Shown: positions 12,339 to 23,877 of the stretch, in pieces | Layout of the letters: every line of letters begins with the position of its first letter | Numbering within the stretch: the first letter of the stretch is position 1 | NCBI RefSeq assembly: GCF_006345805.1 | Contig: NC_043002.1 | Coordinates: 7,998,001 to 8,062,000 of the forward strand | Length of the DNA: 64,000 nucleotides | Direction of reading: 5' to 3' | From: Octopus sinensis | Lineage: Eukaryota | Notes under the pieces: generated by a model | What the model saw: the letters and a program-made list of their open reading frames with translations, nothing else | What the model was told of the DNA's origin: nothing | The model's database searches: none | Translations under genes and position numbers: made by a program

Positions 12339-13229
12339 TGTATGTTGGTGTGTTTACGTCACCGTAACTAGCGGTTTAGCAAAAGGAACTGATAGAATAA
12401 GTATCAGGCTTTAATAAAGCACTGGGGTCGATTTGTTCGACTAAAACACTTCAAGACGCTGCCCCAGAATGACCGCAGTCAAGTAACGGAAACAAGTAAA
12501 CGATAGAAGAGAAAGATAACAGAATTTGGGTTTTATTTCATAGAATACACATTTAGCCCTAAGCTTATTCTTAGTATTCCTATTCTTGTCTTTCTTCTAG
12601 GCTATCGGGTCGACAAAGGACCTGTGGTGACATCCTTCACAAATAGCATGTTCTGCCTCTTGAATATTCGTGAGATAATCCAAGAATCTTTTTTTATTTT
12701 ACTATTGCCTTCTTAATGTATTTTTCTTCCTTTGATCCAGACACCAACTTGTCGGCAAGATTCAGACAAATCTACCACACCTGTCTGGACACAAAGAGTC
12801 AGAACAAATGCCACAAACCATTTTTCCCAACGCTATAATAATTCTGTTAATTCTTCACATTGGATCTCAAAAGGACATGATTTAAAGTTGACCTTGATGG
12901 GATTCGAACTCAAAACTTAAAGAGCCAGAACAAATATTACGAGTCATTTTGTTGAATTCACTAACGGCGGTACCAAACTACTGTCTCCTTATATTGTTGC
13001 TGTTGTTGTTTATATTCTAATAACAAACAAGATTCTAATGAGAAGTCAGTAAAAATTGAACTCAAAACGCCTATACAACTAAACTTTTCTTAAATGCATT
13101 TAGAGTTATTTCTCTTTTGACAATATTCTAAATACTCATAGCAAATGTTACCTTGAGTACTTTAAATCTCATGCTCATGAAATACCAAAATAGGAAAATA
13201 GGCAGATATAAGGATAAACATTATAAATA

Positions 13230-13770
13230 TTGGTTTCGAATGTTGGCACAAGGCCAGCAGTTTCGGGAGTGGGGTAAATCGATTGCTCAAATGGTACTTA
13301 CTTTATCGACCCCGGAAGGATGAAAGGCAAAGCCGACCTCGGCGAAATTTCAACAAAGAACGTAAAGACGGACAAAATGTCTCTAAAGATCTTGCTCGGT
13401 GCGCTAATGGTTTTGCCAGTAAGCATCCAAAATCATTGTAAATACTGAATAAGTTTCAAAATATGGCACAAGGCCAGAAATTTCGGGAAAGGGGATGGGT
13501 CAATTACATTAGCCCTTGTGCTTAAGTAGCTAACTTGATCTGGGCGGATTTTAAACTCAGAACGTAAAGACGGACGAGATACCACTCAGCATTGTGCCCG
13601 GTATGCCAACGATTCTGGCAGTTCGCTGCTTTATAAATTTTGGCACAGGTCAGCAGTTTCGGGGATGGGGTAAGTCGATTGCTCAACTGGTACTTACTTT
13701 ATCGACCCTGGAAGGATGAAAGACAAAGTCGACCTCGGCGAAATTTCAACAAAGAACATAAAGACGTGTG
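13230..13770 (-). mobile_element. Three degenerate tandem SINE-A subfamily copies with an alternative tail
   Basis: Repeated TTGGCACA(A)GG(C/T)CAG..TTTCGGG..GGGG and TTATCGACCCC..AAGGATGAAAG.CAAAG blocks. Confidence 0.7.
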
Positions 13771-14637
13771 TCTGTGTGTCTGTGTGTGTGTGTGTGCACA
13801 TGTGTGTGCGTGCGTGTGTGTGTGTGCGTGTGTGTGTATATGTGTGTGCATGCGTGTGTGTGTGTATATGTGTGTGTGTGCGCGTGTGCATGTAGGTGTG
13901 TCTTTGTGTGTAAATGGGTGCATGTGGTTTACATGTGTGTTTTTGTTGCTGCATATTCACAAGCTCAGATGAAGCGATATTTCTGATCAAGTGACTTTCT
14001 AGTTGTAACCATCTTGTCTGTCTGTCTGTCTATCCAGGAATATATTGTTCAACGTCTCCTTTTTCTTTATTATTATTTTTTTCTTACAGACTGCATTTTA
14101 ATTTTGGTTACTATTTCTTGAGTTAATATCGTTATTACCTGTATAGTAAAAAGGAATGAACGTATCCATCGCTTCACCAGCGAGTCTAACCGAAACTTCC
14201 TTCATTATCCATTAATTTTAGCGCAGAAATCGGCTCACATAAGGAGACATTAAAACGTCGTTTTGTGCATTTTGTAATAAGGGCTGTATTAGCACCTATA
14301 AAGATTCCTCTGAAGTCATGGACATATGGATGTGTAGGCTTCGGACGAGATTAAATTCGAGACTTTCAACCTGTAATCGTATACATACGTAGAGACGTAC
14401 AAATATATGCATGTGTGCGTGTGTACATACATCAGTTGAAGCATCCACTTTTGCAGTGACATCCATACATGAACACAGACACACACACACGTACGCACAC
14501 ACACACGGTTACCCAATTGTTGTTGCCTAAGTTCCAGTGAAAGAACCTTGTTTCAACGTTTAAAATCCAGCGTTTTCATAATACATGCGTGCATGCATGC
14601 ATACATACATACATACATACATACATACATACATACA

Positions 14638-14668
<31 letters not shown>

Positions 14669-14687
14669 GTATATGCATATATATATA

Positions 14688-14733
<46 letters not shown>

Positions 14734-14845
14734 ATGTGTATGTATGTATGTATATTGTATTATGTATGTAGTAATTGTATATATGTATGTATATGTGTAT
14801 GTATGTATATGTGTATGTATGTGTATATATATATACACACACATA

Positions 14846-14881
<36 letters not shown>

Positions 14882-14932
14882 TAGACAGAGACAGAGAGAG
14901 AGACAGAGTGAGAGACAGACAAACAGACATAC

Positions 14933-14996
<64 letters not shown>

Positions 14997-15788
14997 TGAC
15001 ACTCATATACATACATATACACACACGCACGCGCGCGCGCACACACACACACACGCACACACAAACAAACACACACATATATACATACATCACCACTCAC
15101 TTATATGTAAGCAGATAAATACTCATGCATTTATCATCAAACGCTTTACACAGACGCATAACCCCATATAACCCCATATATATATAAACATACGCAAAAA
15201 TGCCAAAACACACGAAGAATATATTTGTGTCCCTGTATCTTTGCTTATATTTGTCTGCGTTTGTGTGCTAGGCCTGCGTGCTAGGATGCTTTTGTGTGTC
15301 TATATCTAACACGTACATGTTTACATATACTTGCGCTTACGAATGTATGTGCTTTTGTCTGTGTGTGTGTCTGTGTGTGTGTGTGTATTTGTGCATGCGC
15401 GCAAAGGAGCACGCATGCACTAGTAATATTCCGTCCGATCCCTGCATATAAAACCCCTTTTCCGTGACCTTTAACGATCTGACGATTGACAACACTTGCA
15501 GCTTCATTAGAAACCAACAAACTTAGTGGCCCGAGCCATGTCCCCAACAGCCTGCACTACATCTGTTACCGACCCCAATCGACATTTCTTCTAGAAACTT
15601 CTTTTGCCGATAATTCTCTCTGAAATATAGCACTCTGATATTGGATATACAGAGGTAAATAAATACATACACACACATATATACATATATGTATGTGTAT
15701 AGTAATAATAAACACGTAATTGGTATTTTTAAGCTATTACACACACACACACACACACATACACTCATATATATAAATATATACATTT

Positions 15789-15844
<56 letters not shown>

Positions 15845-15845
15845 C

Positions 15846-15876
<31 letters not shown>

Positions 15877-15881
15877 CATAC

Positions 15882-15914
<33 letters not shown>

Positions 15915-15915
15915 C

Positions 15916-15947
<32 letters not shown>

Positions 15948-16129
15948 GAATATATATATATATATATATATAATATATATGAATGCATACATAATAATAT
16001 ATACATACATATATATATGTACGTATGTATATGTAGTGTATATATAATGTAAATGGACGTATTTGAAACACATTTAGAAATACACGTGCGCACGCACGCG
16101 CACACACACATTAACACTCACGCACACAC

Positions 16130-16325
16130 ACTCACACACACACATGAAGTGGAAACTTCTGTTTATTCCGATCCACTTTGGAACAGAGACTTCTTGAAAG
16201 TAAACTTCGAGGGATTATTCTAAGCATAGTATACAATGTTATTTTGAGTGACTTCGGAACCACTATTTTTGATGGCAATAATCGTTTGAGAACATTATTT
16301 GTCTTTTCAACAAAAGGCTTCAATA
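16130..16325 (-). pseudogene. Possible PLE RT thumb-region relic
   Basis: NVLKRLLPSKIVVPKSLKITLYTMLRII...SLCS loosely resembles the PLE thumb region; short and weak. Confidence 0.3.
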
Positions 16326-16329
16326 CAAT

Positions 16330-16351
16330 ATATAATAATAATATAATAATA

Positions 16352-16391
<40 letters not shown>

Positions 16392-16458
16392 CAATAACAA
16401 CAACAACAACAATAATAACAATAATAATAATAATATAATATTATAATAATAATAATTA

Positions 16459-16490
<32 letters not shown>

Positions 16491-16697
16491 TAATAATTAT
16501 AATAATAATAATAATAACAAACACAACAACAATAATAACAATAATAATAATATATAATAATAATAATTATAATAATAATTATAATAATAATAATATTAAT
16601 AATAATTATAATAATAAGAAGTAGAATAAGAATAAGAATAATAATAATTATAATAATAATAATAATTATAATAATAATAATAATAATTTATTATATA

Positions 16698-16700
<3 letters not shown>
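16330..16700. repeat. (TAA)n microsatellite
   Basis: Directly visible. Confidence 0.95.
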
Positions 16701-16792
<92 letters not shown>

Positions 16793-16845
16793 ATATATAT
16801 GATAGATCGGTAGCCACTACACACATTTATTTTTCTCTCCTTGTT

Positions 16846-16883
16846 TCTTTCTGTGGAAGAGCGTAGGCTCGAAACGTTAAAGA
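16846..16883 (+). ncRNA. Variant minimal type I hammerhead-like motif
   Basis: Stem I TCTTT/AAAGA; core CTGTGGA+A (A6 replaced, extra A); stem II GAGC-GTAG-GCTC; GAAA; palindromic AACGTT; site GTT. Confidence 0.5.
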
Positions 16884-17123
16884 CTTTTCAATTCCCGAGC
16901 GTTATACTAATACATCTGTTTGTTTTCTACACCACCTGACTTCGTCTGTTGTTTTTTCCGTGAATTCTCCCCCTATATATATAGATATGTATGTATATAT
17001 GTAATTTATCCCACCCCCCACCACCACCACCAAAAAAAAAAAAAAAAACACAAGAAAAAACAACAGCGCGTGGACGTGGTACATCGAAGTTATTAAAAGA
17101 CGCTCAGGGACGGAAAGAGAGGT

Positions 17124-17160
17124 TGCTTTACGTTTCGAGCAAAGCACTTCTTCAGAAACA
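17124..17160 (-). ncRNA. Variant minimal type I hammerhead-like motif
   Basis: Minus strand reads TGTTT-CTGAAGA-A-GTGC-TTT-GCTC-GAAAC-GTA-AAGCA: 5-bp stem I, CUGANGA core, site GUA, one mismatch in stem II. Confidence 0.55.
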
Positions 17161-17458
17161 GGTGACAGCGGAAAGTCCAAGAGAAAAGGAAGTCGAGGGG
17201 AAAAAACTCGCCAACAATCCACATGTAGTTACATTTTGAAATGAAGGGAAGGGAATGGACGAAGAAAGACTGTTCTTTCTAAGACAGGAGAGTGTAAGTG
17301 AAGTAGGTATCTGTGTGTATGTGTGTGTATATATATATATGGGTGTGTGCGTGTATGTGTATGTTGTGTGTGTATGCATGCATGTGTGTATGTGCGTGTG
17401 TGCGTGTATGTAGGTGCGTGTGTGTATATATATATATGTATATATATATATGTGTGTG

Positions 17459-17492
<34 letters not shown>

Positions 17493-17571
17493 CAGAGAGA
17501 GAGAGAGACAGAGGGAGAGAGAGACAGAGAGAGAGAGACAGAGAGAGAGAGAGACAGAGAGAGAGAGAGGG

Positions 17572-17726
17572 CAGTGGCTGCGTGGTAAGTAGTTTGCTTA
17601 CCAACCACATGGTTCTGGATTCGATCCCACTGCGTGACACCTTGGCCATGTTTCTTCTACTGTAGCCTCGGGCCGACCAAAGCCTTGTGAGTAGATTTGG
17701 TAGATGGAAACTGAAAGAAGCCCATC

Positions 17727-17769
<43 letters not shown>

Positions 17770-17930
17770 TGTGTGTCTGTGTTCGTCCTCCCCCCATCGC
17801 TTGACAACCGATGTCGCTGTGTTTATGTCCTTAACTTAGCCGTTTGGCAAAACTTAGTGATAGAATAAGTACTAGGCTTACAAAGAATAAGTGCTGGGGT
17901 CGATTTGTTCGACTAAAGGCGGTGCTCCAG
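17572..17930 (+). mobile_element. SINE family B
   Basis: GTGGCTGCGTGGTAAGTAG..GGTTCTGGATTCGATCCCACTGCG tRNA-like head and family-B body. Confidence 0.88.
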
Positions 17931-18095
17931 CTTTCAGGTGTCTTGGGGAAATTTCGAACCAGGGTTCTCATTCCTAAAGATATTTTTCGATGCAACGCTC
18001 CGGGTGGTACATTTTAAACCTTGACGGATATTATATATCTTTGCTCTACCACTTGATTTCTATATAGTTGTGTAAACCCCTTTTTTTTTTTTAAG

Positions 18096-18260
18096 ACGAT
18101 TACATCGACCCCAGTGCGTAACTGGTATTTATTTAATCGACCCCGAAAGGATGAAAGGCAAAGTCGACCTCGGCGGAATTTGAACTCACAACGTAACGAC
18201 AGACGTAACCACGCTACGCATTTTGTCCGGCGTGCTAACGTTTCTGCCAGCTCGCCGCCT
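18096..18260 (-). mobile_element. SINE family A, 3'-incomplete
   Basis: Head and central domain present; tail absent. Confidence 0.85.
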
Positions 18261-18539
18261 TACACAAGCATTATACGTGTGCTTTTAAATATGTATGTTT
18301 ACGCGTGCGCTTGAGAGTATGCTCATGAGAGTGACAACTGTGAAACGTTGGTTTTAATAACTGGCACTTAGCAACAACAAAAATTCAATTTTAATAACGT
18401 CTTAATCGTCACTAAATTTGCATATGCTAATTTTGAGTCCAAAATATTTTATATTGCATTTTTTTAATGTTAATTTTATTGTTTAGGTTTTTTTGTTTTG
18501 ATTGGGAAAATTTCATCTTTGTTTCTATCTGGTTAAGTA

Positions 18540-18550
18540 CGTGGGCGTTC

Positions 18551-18584
<34 letters not shown>

Positions 18585-19140
18585 GTGCGTGGGCCTCTGT
18601 GTGGGTGTGTTTGTGTGTGTGTGTGCTTGTGTGTGTGTGTGTGTGTGTGTGTACGTGTCTGCCTCTGTGTGCGTGTGTGTGTGTGTGTGCTTGTGTGTGT
18701 GTGTGCGTGTCTGCCTCTGTGTGCGTGTGTGTGTGTGGTGGTGCGTGTGCCTCTGTGTGGGCGTGTTTGTGTGAGTGTGTTTGTGCCTCTGTGTGTGTGT
18801 GCCTCTGTGTGTGTGCGTTTCTGTGTGTGTGTGCCTCTGTGTATGTATGTTTGTGTGTGTGTGTGCCACTGGGTGTGTGTGTGTTTGTGTGTCTGTGTGT
18901 GTGTGGCTCTGTGTATGTGTGTTTGTGTGTGTGTGTGTGCCTGTGTGGGTGTGCTTGGGTGTGTGTGTTTGTGTGTGTGTGCCTCTGTGTATGTTTGTGT
19001 GTGTGTGTGCCTCTGTGTGTGCCTCTGTGTGTGCCTCTGTGTGTGTGTGTGCCTCTGTGTGTGTGTGCCTTTGTGTGTGTGCGCCTCTGTGTGTGTGTGC
19101 CTCTGTGTGTGTGTGTTTGTGCGTGTATTGATGTGTGTGT
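18540..19140. repeat. TG-rich minisatellite with GCCTCT interruptions
   Basis: Repeated (TG)n-GCCTCT units. Confidence 0.9.
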
Positions 19141-19462
19141 AAGTATGTACATGTGTGGAACGGAGTCGTGTAAGTATATATGTCTACGTATGTGTGTCTC
19201 AGCGTGTATGTGTGCCTGTGAATGTAGATGTGTGCAGGTGTATGTGTGTGAGTGTATAAGTGTGTATGAATGAGTTTGCGTGTACGTGTACCACAGTGTA
19301 GAAGTATATATATGTGTGTGTGCATGCGTGCGCGCGTGGAGAGGCCGTGTGGATTTGTGGGTAAGTACATTTGGTGTATTTGAATGCTTCTATGCATTTA
19401 TTTACGCATGAGTGCCCGAGGGGTTGCGCAACAGAATACGTGTCAATATATGTATGTGTGTA

Positions 19463-20270
19463 AGGCGACGAGCTGGCAGAAACGTTAGCACGCCGGGCGA
19501 AATGCTTAGCGTTATTTCGTCTGCCGCTACGTTCTGAGTTCAAATTCCACCGAGGTCAACTTTGCTTTTCATCCTTTCGGGGTCGATTAAATAAATACCA
19601 GTTACGCACTGGGGTCGATGTAATCGACTTAATCCGTTTGTCTGTCCTTGTTTGTCCTCTCTGTGTTTAGCCCCTTATGGGTAGTAAAGAAATAGAAATA
19701 GGTATTTCGTCTGTCTTAACGTTCTGAGTTCAAATTCTACTGAGATCGACTTTGCCTTTCATCCTTTCGGGGTCGATAAATTAAGTACCAGTTACGTAGT
19801 GGGGTCGATGTAATCGACTTAATCCCTTTGTCTGTCCTTGTTTGTCCCCTCTGTGTTTAGCCCCTTGTGAGTAGTAAAGAAATAGGTATTTCGTCTGCCA
19901 CTACGTTCTGAGTTCAAATTCCGCCGAGGTCGACTTTGCCTTTCATCAATTCGGGGTCGATTAAATAAGTACCAGTTACGCACTGGGGTCGATGTAATCG
20001 ACTTAATCCGTTTGTCTGTCCATGTTTGTCCCCTCTGTGTTTAGCCTCTTGTGAGTAATAAAGAAATAAGAAAATTTAGCAATCTGTGCAAAAAGGGTTA
20101 GCGGTATTTTGTCTGTCTTTACGTTCTGAGTTCAAATTCCACCAAGGTCGACTTTGCCTTTCATCCTTTCGGTGTCGATAAATTAATTACCAGTTGCGTA
20201 CTGGGGTCGATCTAATCGACTGATCCCCTCCCTCAAAATTTCGAGCCTTGTGCGTACAGTAGAAAAGAAT
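19463..20270 (+). mobile_element. Head-to-tail array of four SINE-A units
   Basis: One full unit, then units starting at GGTATTT(C/T)GTC; junctions at 19700/19701 and 19884/19885. Confidence 0.9.
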
Positions 20271-20404
20271 ATGTGTGTGTGTGTGCGTGTGTGTATGTAT
20301 GTTTGTGTGTGTCTCTGTACTTAATTGTATGTGTGTAAGATTTCTGTATAAGTAAAGGCATGTGTGCTTTTGTGTACGTGTACGAAATTTGTGCGTGATT
20401 CAGA

Positions 20405-21900
20405 ATGTGTGTGTGTTGCGTGTGTGTGTGTGCGTGTGCGTGTCAGTGTGTGTTGCGTGTGTGTGTTGTTTGTGTGCGTGTCAGTTGTGTTGCGTGTGTG
20501 TGTGTGCGTGTCAGTGTGTGTTGTCGTGTGTGTGTGTGGCGTGTGCGTGTCAGTGTGTTTGTTGTGTGTGTGTGGTGTGTGGCGTGTCAGTGTGTGTTGC
20601 GTGTGTGTGGTGTGTGCGTGTGCGTGTCAGTGTGTGTTGCGTGTGTGTGTGTGCGTGTGCGTGTCAGTGTGTGTTGCGTGTGTGTGTGTGTGTGCGCGTG
20701 TGCGTGTCAGTGTGTGTGGTGCGTGTGTGTGTGTGCGTGTGCGTGTCAGTGTGTGTTGCGTGTGTGTGTGTGTGTGCGTGTGCGTGTCAGTGTGTGTTGC
20801 GTGTGTGTGTGTGTGTGTGCGTGTGCGTGTCAGTGTGTGTTGTATGTGTGTGTGTGTGTCGTGTGCGTGTCAGTGTTGTGTTGCGTGTGTGTGTGTGTGT
20901 GCGTTGTGCGTCATGTAAGGTGTGTTGCGTTGGTGTGTGTGTGCGTGTGCGTGTCAGTGGTGTTGCGTGTGTGTGGTGTGTGCGTGCGTGTCAGTGTGTG
21001 TTGTGTGTGTGTGCGTGTGCGTGTCAGTGTGTGTTGCGTGTGTGTGTGTGCGTGTGCGTGTCAGTGTGTGTTGCGTTGTGTGTGTGCGTGTGCGTGTCAG
21101 TGTGTGTTGCGTGTGTGTGTGTGCGTGTGCGTGTCAGTGGTGTGTTGCGTGTGTGTGTGTGCGTGTGCGTGTCAGTGGTGTTGCGTATGTGTGTGTGCGT
21201 GTGCGTGTCAGTGTGTGTTGCGTATGTGTGTGTGCGTGTGCGTGTCAGTGTGTGTTGCGTATGTGTGTGTGCGTGTGCGTGTCAGTGTGTGTTGCGTGTG
21301 TGTGTGTGCGTGTGCGTGTCAGTGTGTGTTGCGTGTGTGTGTGTGCGTGTGCGTGTCAGTGTGTGTTGCGTATGTGTGTGTGTGTGCGTGTGCGTGTCAG
21401 TGTGTGTTGCGTGTGTGTGTGTGCGTGTGCGTGTCAGTGTGTGTTGTGTGTGTGTGTGTGCGTGTGCGTGTCAGTGTGTGTTGCGTATGTGTGTGTGTGT
21501 GTGTGCGTGTCAGTGTGTGTTGCGTGTGTGTGTGTGCGTGTGCGTGTCAGTGTGTGTTGCGTGTGTGTGTGTGCGTGTGCGTGTCAGTGTGTGTTGCGTG
21601 TGTGTGTGTGTGTGTGTGTGCGTGTCAGTGTGTGTTGCGTGTGTTGTGTGTGGCGTGGCGTGTCAGTGTGTGTTGCGTGTGTGTGTGTGCGTGTGCGTGT
21701 CAGTGTGTGTTGCGTATGTGTGTGTGTGTGTGTGCGTGTCAGTGTGTGTTGCGTGTGTGTGTGTGCGTGTGCGTGTCAGTGTGTGTTGCGTGTGTGTGTG
21801 TGCGTGTGCGTGTCAGTGTGTGTTGCGTGTGTGTGTGTGCGTGTGCGTGTCAGTGTGTGTTGCGTATGTGTGTGTGTGTGTGTGCGTGTCAGTGTGTGTG
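20405..21900. repeat. About 30-35-bp TG-rich minisatellite (GTGTGTTGCGTGTGTGTGTGCGTGTGCGTGTCA)
   Basis: Tandem units visible; the 513-aa and 554-aa Cys/Val ORFs are artefacts. Confidence 0.95.
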
Positions 21901-23147
21901 TAGGCAACTGCATGCTTTCTTGCGTGTGTGTTTTATAAGGGCGTATGTGTATGCATGTGTGTATGTTTGTGTCCGCGTGTATGTGTTTATACGTGTCTGT
22001 GTACTGATTTGTGAGCGTGTGTGTGTCTGTGTTCATGTGTGTAAAAGGTGTGTGAGTGTGTGCTTATGAGAATACGTAGGAGCGTTAGTGTGGTGGTTGT
22101 TGTTTAGTTTCAAATCAGCCCTGATCGACAGCTCTTAGAATCAAAAGTATTCCAGCCGTGACCATCACGTCTTTTTCTTACATGAAATGAGTTTAGTGAA
22201 CACATTATCCAACATATTTTTTTTAAGGTGGTGAACTGGTTCGTAAGTTATTTGGCTGCTATTTCTAGCCAACCGGAGACCACGTAGAAGCGCCTTCACC
22301 AGCTCGTAAATACAGTTGTCAGCGTATGTACTTGTGCCTCTCTCTCTCTCTGTGTGTGTGAGTCTGAGTGTGTGTATGTGTGCGTGCACGGGTGTATATG
22401 AGCGTATGTGAAAGATGTGTGTGTGCACTTGTCTGTATGTGTAAGAATAACCACACATGTTTGTGTAAATGTGTGTGTATGTTTGATTGGGTGAGTGAGT
22501 GAGTGCGTTGTGTGCATACGTTTGTGCATACGCGTTTGCGTGTGTGTGTATGATTGTGTGTGTGTGTGATTGTGTGTGTGTGTGTGATTGTGTGTGTGTG
22601 TGTATGTGTGTGTGTGTGTGCGTGCGTGTGTGTTTATCAGCAATCAGTTTGTAGAAAATTCGCTGCATCAAGCGAAAATATCTTATAGCATTTAATCCGT
22701 GTGAATTACGTCCCTTTATTCCAAAGCGGTTATAATTCGGAGAATTAAGGAGCTTCTCGATCGGTAGAAAGAGTAAAAAAAAATAATAATAATGCAAGAG
22801 AAACAGTGTTTAATTTTATTAACATCAGTAATACTTAAAAATAGAATTGAATTTATTGTAAACAAGCGAAAAATTCATGCGAATCTAGTCTCTCTGCGTG
22901 TAATTACTTTACTGCAAAGGGCACCGCTGACAGTAATTGAACGATAAAGAGAAAATTTTAATTAATACTTGATGAGTATTAAATCATACAAATAAATACT
23001 TCACAAATGTAACGAAAATATTTTTTACCAAAAACTCGAGAGAAGTGCTCAGTGAAAATGTATACATTCAGGTTTAGCGCAATAACACACACACACACAT
23101 ACACATACACACACTCGTATACATACATGTGTGTGTATGTTATATAT

Positions 23148-23348
23148 GTTTCTTTATTACCCACAAGGGGCATAGAGGGGACAAACAAGGACAGACAAAA
23201 GGATTAAGTCGATTACATCGACCCCAGTTCGTAACTGGTACTTAATTTATCGACCCCTCGACGGAATTTGAACTCGGAACGTAACGGCAGACGAAATACC
23301 GCAAAGCATTTCGCCCGGCGAGCTAACGTTTCTGCCAGCTCGCCGCCT

Positions 23349-23349
<1 letters not shown>
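23148..23349 (-). mobile_element. SINE family A with internal deletion
   Basis: Family-A head and tail; central CCTTTCATCC block missing. Confidence 0.85.
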
Positions 23350-23384
<35 letters not shown>

Positions 23385-23459
23385 GTATATGAAGATAACC
23401 TTGGAGAATTTATACTCGAAAATAATAACAGATTATGTAGACAGGTATGGAGAGTGCTA

Positions 23460-23800
23460 AAATAAATATATATTTATACACCCACGCATGCATACATGCA
23501 TGTGTGTGTATGTGTGTGTGCGTGTGTGCATATTTATACACCCACGCATACATACATGCATGTGTGTGTATTGCGTGCGTGTGTGTATGTGTGTGCGTGT
23601 GTGCATATTTATACACCCACACATACATACATGCATGTGTGTGTATGTGTGTGTGCGTGTGTGTGCGTGCGTGCATATTTATACACCCACACATACATGT
23701 ATGTGTGTGTGCGTGTGTGTGTGCGTGTGTGCATATTTAAACACCCACACATACATACATGCATGTGTGTGTGTATGTGTGCGTACTTGTGTGTGTATTC
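23460..23800. repeat. About 60-75-bp minisatellite, five units
   Basis: ATATTTATACACCCAC.CAT.CATACATGCATG(TG)n recurring. Confidence 0.85.
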
Positions 23801-23877
23801 TGAGTAATGACTGTGTGAGTCACCAACTAGCAATTTACAAACGAAAACTCTATAAATTATATCGAATGCTATTTTTC

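Noticed and set aside
19463-20270. Regularly repeated units resembling a CRISPR array
   Set aside because: The units are about 185-230-bp SINE copies with no unique spacers, in a eukaryotic context with no cas genes.
20362-22069. Long Cys/Val-rich ORFs (513 and 554 aa) and similar MYVC, HTHT, poly-R/S/L ORFs across the window
   Set aside because: They are translations of TG/CA, TATG and trinucleotide repeats that lack stop codons; no protein-like complexity.
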